Assembly (NCBI GenBank): GCA_004764695.1
Contig: SMSO01000036.1
Coordinates: 558,001-622,000 of the forward strand
Length of the DNA stretch: 64,000 nucleotides
Direction: 5' to 3'
From: Schizochytrium sp. TIO01
Lineage: Eukaryota > Protista > Bigyra: Labyrinthulomycetes
Position 1 is the first letter of the stretch. Each line of letters begins with the position of its first letter. Below are positions 55,355-64,000 of this stretch, in pieces. The notes beneath the pieces are model-generated. The model was given only the letters and a program-made list of their open reading frames with translations. It did not search any database and was not told where the DNA came from. The position numbers and the translations under genes were made by a program.

Positions 55355-55988
55355 ATTCAGAAGCTCGGCGTGCTGGATTTTATAAACTTAATTGTTGTTT
55401 ACGTTTTTCCTACTTGAATGTTGTCTCATTAATCTAGATTGGTACTTCAGCTTGAAATTCTTGGTTGCTCTCCAAGAAACCGTAACACACTGCTCTGGTA
55501 AACCGTGCAATCCTTCAATGCCTAGTTTAATAACAATGGGGGCGCCTCTAGTTTCACATAGGCGGGTCGATCGACTTGAGGTTTATTCTTTCTTTTTTTT
55601 GTCCTTTAAAATTGATATTAGAATTTAAACTAATGGGAAGCCATCGAAACGTCAGTAGCTACAGAACAGGAGGATATTGTGATTTTTATTCTTACTGACA
55701 TAGATAAAGAAAAAGGACAGAACAAAAGTATGCATCATTAGCACGTTACAAAATTTCTAAGCTAATGAGGGGTCCAAAATAAAGTGCGCGCGGGTTCACA
55801 TTCAACACTATCAACATGCTTACTCACTAGAGTCTGTAGTTGAAATGAATACTAACGATCGTGGTAGCGATGTGTAACTATCGCAACACATGAAATGCAC
55901 ATGATTGAACGCCCTAAATCAAACAGGGTGCTTGGTTGTTTTAGATTTTATCTTAACCAACTGATGTCAAAACATCAGGATATTTTGC

Positions 55989-56852
55989 TCAGGGGGCAGT
56001 GGGCGGCGGAGTGGAGATATGTGCATGGATGTTACGAAGATGCGAGTCAACAATGTCTTCGTGCTCCGGAAATACCTTTTGCACCTCATCGAGGGCCTCG
56101 AACATTCGCATAAAATACTCAAGATTGTGACCCGACTCACCCTCACTGCTCTCAATATGCTTCGCAATCACATGCTCAGGTCTCGGTCCAAAGAAGTGCT
56201 CATTATCTGGTGTCGCACGAAACACCAGAGCTTCTCTCTTCACACCCGATGTGTCTACAGTGTCCACAAACTCCTTTGCGTAGCCAGCTTTTTCCCGATG
56301 CTCCAGAGCAGCCATAGTGGCTCGCATAATATGACCCTTTACTCTGAAAATGCGGCCCCACACGCGCACGTCTGGTGCGTCTCTATGGTCTTGGTGAACG
56401 CCATGGTCATCCTGGACCTTCGTGTGCTCTTCGGGAGTCAACAGCGTCACAACGAGGCCTGGAGCCTCCTCAGTCCCACGATGCTCGGGGCTGCCCTGCC
56501 AGAACCTGCGTGAGTAGCCAGTTACAAAGACGTCCTTCTGCTCCTCAAACTCAATGTCAGGTTTCCAGATTAAGGAACCATACCCGAAAAGCCACACGTC
56601 ATCATCGTTTTCGCCAGATTCAGCAACGTCAGCACTGTTTCCAGTGACATCGTCTTCTGCTACATCAGGGTTGCTGACACCGTTCAAGGTCTCTACAGCA
56701 GTCTTGGCGGCTTCTGAAGTTTCTGCGGCAGGTTCGCTTTCCTTCCCTGCGCCTTCTGCTGCGGTCTGGGTCGCTTTGACCTCAACCTTGGTCTCTGCGG
56801 CGTCATTCATGACGCTTTCTGGAGCACCATTCTCGGCAGACAACGAGCTCAT
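55989..56852 (-). CDS. CHAC: ChaC-family glutathione-specific gamma-glutamylcyclotransferase
   Basis: VWLFGYGSLIWKP, GYSRRFWQGSPEHRGTEEAPGLVVTL, LEHREKAGY and GESGHNLEY. ATG at 56852. Confidence 0.94.
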   Translation of the reverse strand: MSSLSAENGAPESVMNDAAETKVEVKATQTAAEGAGKESEPAAETSEAAKTAVETLNGVSNPDVAEDDVTGNSADVAESGENDDDVWLFGYGSLIWKPDIEFEEQKDVFVTGYSRRFWQGSPEHRGTEEAPGLVVTLLTPEEHTKVQDDHGVHQDHRDAPDVRVWGRIFRVKGHIMRATMAALEHREKAGYAKEFVDTVDTSGVKREALVFRATPDNEHFFGPRPEHVIAKHIESSEGESGHNLEYFMRMFEALDEVQKVFPEHEDIVDSHLRNIHAHISTPPPTAP

Positions 56853-57444
56853 GATGGCGTCAATCCACAACTTTTCGCTCTACTGTTCCTGTACACGATA
56901 CTGAAGAGTTGCAATTGTTCGCACCGTTTAGCGAGGGAGTGATACTCCGTAACTTGTGCGCTAACAAGAAAAGCTTCGCCTTTGGCGATCTGTCGTCTCG
57001 ATCGATCGATTGTCAATAGGTATTACTTTTTATCGAAATTACAATTTACTTCTGTTCTACAAATTGTCATGACTTTCAATAACATAATAACACTATATAG
57101 ATATATTTATTTCATTAATTTTAATTTTTTAAATTAAACATTGTTTTACGAGTTGCCCTTGGCTTGTTCGCGATGATTCTTCATAATTTCTTGGAATCTA
57201 AGCCGCCAACGACTACTTATAGATCCTTTTTGTGCAATTTGGGTCAATCGATTCCCTTACGCTCACACTCAGCAGATTTTGTGCTGCCACCCAAAGCTCC
57301 AGCTCCGCGAAAAACTCGTTTTTGGTGATCATTATTTGTGATTATTATTAGTTATTCCTTTGGTCCACAACTGTTCGTTCTTTGAAGCATCCAGATTCCG
57401 AATCGCCGTCCGCGGAAGTAACCTTAAACTGGCTGGAGCAAACC

Positions 57445-59091
57445 ATGCGACCGGCACGCGGACCAACCGCTGAGGAAGTGGCCCAGCGCCGCGCTGATAC
57501 CTACGGCATCTCTTTGGTGCCTCTCGCCGAGGCTCAAAAAGAGTCCAGCGAAAAGCTCCTCGCAGGCTGGATCATGCTTAACGACAGCTGCCCGATCTCC
57601 AACTATCCTCTGCTCAAGGACCCGAAGAGCGGGAAAATTTGGTCTGTGCGCTGTCAAATGGAGGTTAATCCTGATTCTAATGGCGGAGAGACTGCCTCTG
57701 AGCAAGATACCAATACTGACACCAGAGCTAGCAGCAAGTCCGACATTCCATCTTCAAGTGGTTCAAGCTTTGCAAACTCTAACTTGCAAACCGAGCGCAT
57801 TGCGCAGAAACTTGTGCAAGGATGGACACTTACCAGCGAGATTTGCCCCATTTCTAATGGATGCCCCGTGTTAGTGGACCCATCCTCCAAGCGGAGGTGG
57901 TCTCCGGCCACTGGCGAGTATCTAGATGGAGATGATGGAAATTCTGGGGTCACCTCGAAATCCGCCAATGCCAAATCGCATGCATCAAGCCCGGTTGATT
58001 CATTGAACCAAAAACTTGAAGCAAAACCTCTCGAGGCGTTGACTTCATCTATGGGTGTATCATCCCAGTCTGGCCAGACGCAGGTTAAACGCCACGAAGT
58101 GCCACCCATGAATGTGCTCACGAAAAGAATCAATGAGCGTCTTCTCAAACGCTGGACAATGCTTGCTGAAGAATGTCCCTGTCACTCATGCCTGTCCTCT
58201 ATTGCGCGAGCCTGATACCAACCGATTATACTCTGCAGCACTCGATGAATTTGTAGATGCGCAAAAACCAGAGCAGCCTCCTGTGCAGCCCGCAAGGCTC
58301 CGGAACCCATCACAAAGGAGAGCAACAATGGTGACGATTATGATATTGAATACAATAATCCGCTGTTTAAGCCTGCAGAAGACGACTCTGAGCAGCAAGC
58401 CAAGCGTCTCTCGCAACGCCTTGTCCAGGGCTGGGTCATGCTAGATGAAGAGTGCCCCGTGACAGGTCGCTGCCCGCTTATGGAGGAACCTAACTCGGGC
58501 CGTAAATACTCCGCTGCTCTAGACAAGTTTCTTGATGAGTTTTATGATGAGGATATTGAAATCCCAGAGAAAACAGCACCCATGGCTCCAGTTAGAAATA
58601 CTCAAAGTGCTGTAAAGCTTGAAGAGGACAGCGATGACGAGGTTGATGGTTCGCAGTTTCATGTAGGGTCATGGACACAATCGGCTATGAATGAACTGGA
58701 TGACGATTTGGATGGCATCGACGGCCACCATGTCGTATCCCGCGATAGCATGCCTGTATCTGCTCTTGCTAAGCAAACTAGTGGCAAAAGTAAAGCTTCT
58801 GCCTCAGGGCATCGTGTTCGTTTTCACGATAACCCCGTGCATGGGGATGAAGATGACGACAACCTTTCTACCAAGAGTGTCGAGTCAGGTGTCTCCTTAA
58901 ATGGGGAGACCAAAGATGAATTGCGCCGTGCGGAGGCGGTTGTACGCTCCAAGCTCCGCGAAGCTCGTGATGCGCTCGCTAGAATTGAGGTAACTATGGA
59001 TGCTGATCCGCACACCGTTCAAACGTGCGAAAATTTGGTTCGCCTTGTTGGTACCTGTGTCAACACTTTGCGTCAGGTGTCGATGTCATAG
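57445..59091 (+). CDS. Protein with four Auto_anti-p27 (SSSCA1/ZNRD2-like) repeats, interrupted by two compensating indels (~58177 and ~58293)
   Basis: Four copies of [KR]L..[GR]W.[ML][LT].[DE].CP.....P[LV][LM].[DE]P.....[WY]S. Repeat 3 is completed only by removing one C at tgtccct. The frame returns to the original register near 58293. Confidence 0.75.
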
Positions 59092-59190
59092 GTTATATTC
59101 ATTATTACGACGAGTGTCCACAAAGCACTAGTCACCTTCTTCACTTTTGACATGCGTGCTCCAATGTACCTCTTTCTCCAACTTCTCCCT

Positions 59191-59252
59191 GAAAAAAAAG
59201 AAAGAAAGAAAGAAAGAAAGAAAGGAAGGAAGGAAGGAAGGAAGGAAGGAAG
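59191..59252. repeat. Compound (GAAA)n(GGAA)n polypurine microsatellite
   Basis: Read directly. Confidence 0.93.
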
Positions 59253-60077
59253 AACAGAGAAGTGGAGAGTTGATTACTTCTCGCAAATAATCAGGAATTC
59301 GAACTTTCTTATCTCTCCAGAGATCGCCCATTCATTAAAACGCTCAATGTTTCGGGATACACCTTTATTCTTAGTTTTGAAATAAAAACAGTCGTCTTTG
59401 TTTTAATTTAATTCTTGATACTAGTAGAAAAGAAATTACTTTTTTTTGTGTGCAACTCTGCATACGATTACACTTTAAAAAGAAGTCAAGTGATATTGCA
59501 AGGGTTTTGGTCATCGCACGCTGGACAGCATACATAAACTAATTTTGGTGTAAAATGTGTCATATTTGGAGCCTTCTTCTGTAATCTCCTTTTAATGTAA
59601 AACTCCAAACTTTCCCATTTGCTTCTATTAACGCTTCCTCATGCGCTCTCAAAAAACGGGTTATGCTTCCACAAAGTTCAATTTTTCGACTCTAACGCAA
59701 TACATATGACAGTTGTTTTACACAAGGTTGCTGTTTGACTTGTTTATGGAAGTAACACATGCTCAGCCGGTATGTCAGAGCCATAAAGAGCAACTTTTAT
59801 TTAATTTATCCGGTGAGGTGCACACCCTTCTAGTGTGCTTTGGTAATCCTAGTACCTATTTTATAGAATACTAAGAAGCTCATAATAAACTTGAAAACAT
59901 GCTTGCTTCAAGTATTAATTAAGAGAAGGTGTAAATACTTGGTTTGCAGAGCCATCCTCCTACAGGGGCATGTTTAGGCAGCACAGGCCTCGATCTTTAT
60001 TCTAAACGGTTTATCGCCTGGTGCAAGGGCGGAGTCGACGTCGTCTGCCTGCGAGGAGTAGACGCGACTTCCTCACC

Positions 60078-62663
60078 ATGGCGGGAACGCTTAGTCCAGA
60101 CGAGTTTGAGGATTCAGTCTCGATGCTTGACGTAATCGACAGGGACGAAGGAAACATCGACAGCAAGGTCGCCGCTAGCAAACATAAAAAAAGGCATAAG
60201 CAAGGAGGACAAGCGTCTCGAAAAGGTCGTGTTGACAAATCAGAAAAGGATGGGAAACCCTCGACATCGAGAAAAACAAATACTCGCGTGAGATCTGCGA
60301 CTCGCTCTGCATCGGCAAAATCAAGAAGAACATCGAGATCCAGATCTTCGTCAAAATCGCCGTCAAGATCACCATCTCCTAAAGCCCATGGTCGATCAAA
60401 ATCAGCAGGAGTTGTACTTGCTCCCCTTGGTTCTCCTCAGGAACGAGCAGAGTTGACCAGAGCAGTATATATGTCAGCCTCCCCACAACCAGGGCAGCTA
60501 TCGCCTCTGAATGGGCGCGCTCGAGTTCTCGCATCACTTGAGCCGTCAAGACCAACACGACGTCGTAACGAAACGCTTGCTCTAGATCTTGAGCGTCGTA
60601 TCAATCAGCTTATTCGCCAGGCCAAGCGCTGGACAATGGAAAGCTATCATGAATTCGAAATGCAAGAAATGCAAAGTGGAAAACGGCGCCCTCGACCTCC
60701 ATTTGACTATGCGGGAGCAGTGCTTAAACTCTCGCACGACTTTGAAAGTCGTGTGCAAGAACCAACTGTACATCGTTTCCTCTCTTCGCTGCTTGCAATT
60801 ATTCGGGGCGGACCGCTCAACAAACCAGAGAAAACTCAGCTTAGAGCAGACCTCGCAATTCTAGGTATGCAAGCACCCCGTACTGAGTTATTTGCTGGGC
60901 TGCAGCAGCTGCATAAAGATGCCATGGCAGACCGAGCCTCTGAAGCTGCTCGCGCATTGCGGATGCTCGCCAGGATGGTTTTGCAGAGCACAGAGATTGC
61001 AGCAGCAACTCGTGTGCAGGCTCTTACACGTGGACATTTGGATCGTAAACTTCTCGCAAAGCAGGCACAGGAACGTCGAGAAAACAATGCAGCAAGTAAA
61101 ATGCAGGCTCTTGCCAGAGGTCATCTCGGACGTGAGCACTACAAGGCTCAGCGAGAAGCCGCTGTTAAAATTCAAGCGATTTCCCGTGGAAGACATGCTC
61201 GGAATGTCAAGAAAAAACAAATTGCTGCTGCAACGAAAATTGAAGCGCTTGCTAGAGGTAAACACGTGCGCCGTGAAGTTCGGAAAAAACACCAAGCTGC
61301 CACAAAGCTACAATCCAACATGCGTGGCAAGTTGGTGCGTACTGGTTTGAAGAAAAAGAAAGTAGCTGCGACAAAGATTGAAGCTCTCGCACGAGGGCGC
61401 GGTGCTCGTGTCAAGCGTAAACGCCAGATTGAAGCAGCTACAAAAATCCAAGCCATTGCGCGTGGCCACCACGCTCGGCAGGAGCGAAAGTCACAAGAGA
61501 CAGCTGTTACTAAAATTCAAGCTGCAGCGCGCGGTCATAATATACGAAAGAAGGCTAGGCTACAACGAGAAGAAAGCGCTCGGAGGCAAAATACTGCCGC
61601 TGTAAAGGTTCAAGCCGCTGCCCGAGGCCGTAGCGCTCGACAGTCTTTTAAAGAGCAAAAGCAAGCTGCAACAAAAGTCCAAGCTCTTGCACGCGGTCAC
61701 CATGTTCGTGAAGAAGAGAAAAATAAGGTTTCAGCTGCAACCAAGGTACAGGCACTTTCTAGAGGACATCACACTCGACAGGACAACAAGCACAAAAAAC
61801 TGGCAGCGACCAAGATCGAGGCTATGGCTCGTGGCCATGCTGTTCGGGAGCATAACATAAAGCGTGCTCAGTCAGCTCAACGCATCCAAGCTGTTGCTCG
61901 TGGCCATTTTGTTAGGAGCGCAAAGTCCGTCAGGAAACTTGCAAGCTCACCTGACTTGGTGGAAGGTCTTGAGCAGCATGTAGAGGATATGCTTGACGAG
62001 CTTGCCTCTGAGGCCGAAGAAGCTGGGCCCAGCTCAATGAATGTTGCAGATCTTGTTGCTGACCTAGAGCAGGATACATTGCTGCAGTCCTCAGATGTAG
62101 CCAAACTCGAGTCCGATGACGACCTGGGTACTCCCAAAATGCAATCTGAGACTCCTGAAAAATCCGAGGACAATGGCTTGGTAGGCGAGTCATCAATATT
62201 AGATCCTGTTCTGCCTGAAGATCCAGGTCCCGTTCTCGTTCCTGACCGTGAGTATGTTCCAGCAGAAAAATCAAATGCTAGTTTGGTCTTCACAGAAGAC
62301 GACCAGCAATCTGATACGTTGAGATTAGCCCCAGCTTCATCATCGAGCAACGAAGAACCTCGTGAGAAGGAAGAAATAAAGAAAGAAAAAGAACTAGTAG
62401 TACAGGAAAAAGTTACGGAGAAGGTTTCTGGCGAAGAGGAAGCACTAGACATTGCTGAAGCATCTCCTGAGACGGAAAGAGAAATAGACTCTGCTTTAAT
62501 TCCAGCAGGAGACAACACGGATGGTGGCACTTTAAAACCAGCTCTGCCTTCATTATCAAGCAATGAAGAGCCTCGCGAAAAAGAAGAGGAAAAAGAAGAA
62601 GCTATAGAGAAAGCGTCTAGCAGAGACGAGGCACCAAGCAATATTGAAGCCTCCCCGCCATGA
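60078..62663 (+). CDS. Multi-IQ-motif (13x) calmodulin-binding protein with a basic N-terminus and acidic C-terminus
   Basis: 13 copies of AA.K[IV][QE]A.ARG...R, mostly at ~23-aa spacing (~61000-61920). Duplicated SSNEEPREKEE segment in the tail. First ATG is at 60078. Confidence 0.88.
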   Translation: MAGTLSPDEFEDSVSMLDVIDRDEGNIDSKVAASKHKKRHKQGGQASRKGRVDKSEKDGKPSTSRKTNTRVRSATRSASAKSRRTSRSRSSSKSPSRSPSPKAHGRSKSAGVVLAPLGSPQERAELTRAVYMSASPQPGQLSPLNGRARVLASLEPSRPTRRRNETLALDLERRINQLIRQAKRWTMESYHEFEMQEMQSGKRRPRPPFDYAGAVLKLSHDFESRVQEPTVHRFLSSLLAIIRGGPLNKPEKTQLRADLAILGMQAPRTELFAGLQQLHKDAMADRASEAARALRMLARMVLQSTEIAAATRVQALTRGHLDRKLLAKQAQERRENNAASKMQALARGHLGREHYKAQREAAVKIQAISRGRHARNVKKKQIAAATKIEALARGKHVRREVRKKHQAATKLQSNMRGKLVRTGLKKKKVAATKIEALARGRGARVKRKRQIEAATKIQAIARGHHARQERKSQETAVTKIQAAARGHNIRKKARLQREESARRQNTAAVKVQAAARGRSARQSFKEQKQAATKVQALARGHHVREEEKNKVSAATKVQALSRGHHTRQDNKHKKLAATKIEAMARGHAVREHNIKRAQSAQRIQAVARGHFVRSAKSVRKLASSPDLVEGLEQHVEDMLDELASEAEEAGPSSMNVADLVADLEQDTLLQSSDVAKLESDDDLGTPKMQSETPEKSEDNGLVGESSILDPVLPEDPGPVLVPDREYVPAEKSNASLVFTEDDQQSDTLRLAPASSSSNEEPREKEEIKKEKELVVQEKVTEKVSGEEEALDIAEASPETEREIDSALIPAGDNTDGGTLKPALPSLSSNEEPREKEEEKEEAIEKASSRDEAPSNIEASPP

Positions 62664-63267
62664 AAAGATGGGCAAAATCTGTTTAAACTAGGCAAGGGTT
62701 AATAAGGTTGGTTTGTTTCTTAGTCAGACTCAATTCTACCAAGAACGAAGGTAAACCTAATATAGAAATTAAAATCGGTGCAGAGGCTCTTTTTCTGGAA
62801 CTGCTGCTTCAATACTGGGTACTTCACAGGAACAGGAAGACCAGACACAAGATCGACAATACTGCAAAGGGTTGCCTTCTTCACCTTCAATTAATCAGAA
62901 AATAAGCTCAACGTGCTATGCGGAAAATCAGCACTTATGTACGATAATTTCGAAGGAAAAGATAAGGAGCTTGGACCATAGCAGAAAAGAAGATACATCT
63001 ATTTTTTTGCAATAAGGCAATAAGCAATGTAAAATTGTATGTAAGGCAAAAACTTTTGATCATAAACAAGGGTTGTAATATCTCTTATTTTTAACAGTCG
63101 GCAACCTCTAGTTAGTAAAGAAGTGAAATAGATTGCACAACCTTTCAAATCTAATTGAGAAGTTTGAGAAACATTGGTCTATCTGTCAAACGTAAGCTTG
63201 GAAACCTCAATAGATAAATCTGGATGAAACTAAGATTGCTTGCAGTATAAATTTAAAATTTGGGATA

Positions 63268-64000
63268 TTACTGCTCAGATGCGGGCGGCCACATTTTAGG
63301 GAAGAAAATGTTGCGAGGTTTATTTTCTCCCGGCAAATAATACCGTCCGTAGATGTAGTCAGGTTTAGGATTTTCGCGCCATGAGACGTCTGCACGAACA
63401 ACATGGACGCCAAGAGCACGGCGATGACGAGTCGAAGACTTGCTAGCAGCGCTTCCGTGCCAAACATCTTGATGATGAATGATAGCTTCGCCAGCACGTA
63501 CTTTGAGCGACTTTATCTCCAGGCTTTTGGGATCACGGCCAGCGTTGATGGCCGCTTGAGCCAATGGACTTTGGTGTTCTGCTTCTCCGTGAAATGCCGA
63601 GTTCACTGCTCCGGTATTCTGGGCTTCAGTAGGCCATTTATGCGACCCAACACAGTACTCCACAACTCCGGTTTCTTCGTCCGCATCGTCAAGGGCAATC
63701 CAAATTGTCACACTGTTGTCTTCATACGGAGAAAATTGTGCCGAGATGTAAGCTGAGTCTTGGTGAAATCCGACTCCACCAGCAAGCGGCGGTTTCCAGA
63801 GAACGTCATCCTGAGCAAGCCGAGCTCCTGCCTCCCAGCCCATAAGCGAACTGGCAAGCTCACCAAGAGCCGGGGATGTGGAGATCTTTGCTACCTCTGT
63901 ATCTGATTTCCACCCGTTGACAATTTCACGAAAGGCATCAGGTTTGGAGATACCTTTGCGCCAGTGCCATTCGTCAGGATAGATACCTGTGTTAAACTTG
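63268..64000 (-). CDS. Phytanoyl-CoA dioxygenase (PhyH) family Fe(II)/2OG dioxygenase, 5'-truncated by the window edge
   Basis: The frame is open to the window end (KFNTGIYPDEWHWRKG...). Motifs GFHQDSAY, VTIWIALDD, GSHKW, WHGS and RRAL. Confidence 0.9.
   Translation of the reverse strand, partial: KFNTGIYPDEWHWRKGISKPDAFREIVNGWKSDTEVAKISTSPALGELASSLMGWEAGARLAQDDVLWKPPLAGGVGFHQDSAYISAQFSPYEDNSVTIWIALDDADEETGVVEYCVGSHKWPTEAQNTGAVNSAFHGEAEHQSPLAQAAINAGRDPKSLEIKSLKVRAGEAIIHHQDVWHGSAASKSSTRHRRALGVHVVRADVSWRENPKPDYIYGRYYLPGENKPRNIFFPKMWPPASEQ

Noticed and set aside
61877-62695. 272-aa Ser-rich minus-strand ORF
   Set aside because: It is antisense to the Glu-rich tail of the IQ protein, and its composition is explained by that strand.

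Overview
Eukaryotic, nearly intron-free genomic DNA: long single-exon ORFs, AT-rich microsatellite-bearing spacers, and mitochondrial, peroxisomal and axonemal-type genes. This most resembles a thraustochytrid/labyrinthulomycete stramenopile (inference only). About 23 protein-coding loci, in order: a 5'-truncated MAP3K; a Cys->Ser DUSP pseudophosphatase; a nodulin-like MFS transporter; two near-identical copies of an unknown ~840-aa polytopic membrane protein, flanking a two-repeat unknown gene and a peroxisomal acyl-CoA oxidase; kaptin (KPTN) with a 47-Asp tract; a bacterial-type AcuI/YhdH acryloyl-CoA reductase with an organellar leader; MOSC-like, LRR, coiled-coil, AKAP14-domain, FKBP and EF-hand proteins; Pam18; an acyl-protein thioesterase; an Unkempt-type CCCH + ankyrin protein; an LRR-less Roc-COR-TIR protein; ChaC; a 4x Auto_anti-p27 protein; a 13x IQ protein; and a truncated PhyH dioxygenase. 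Four single-base indels split three genes and are probably assembly errors. Best leads: the Roc-COR-TIR protein with an intact catalytic Glu, the gene-converted membrane-protein pair with hypervariable patches, several structured non-coding islands (45250-45431, 3505-3658, 39500-39656), and a 3 x 89-bp repeat array. No CRISPR array, tRNA, rRNA or recognisable transposase was seen. All family calls come from motif recognition by eye, without database searches.
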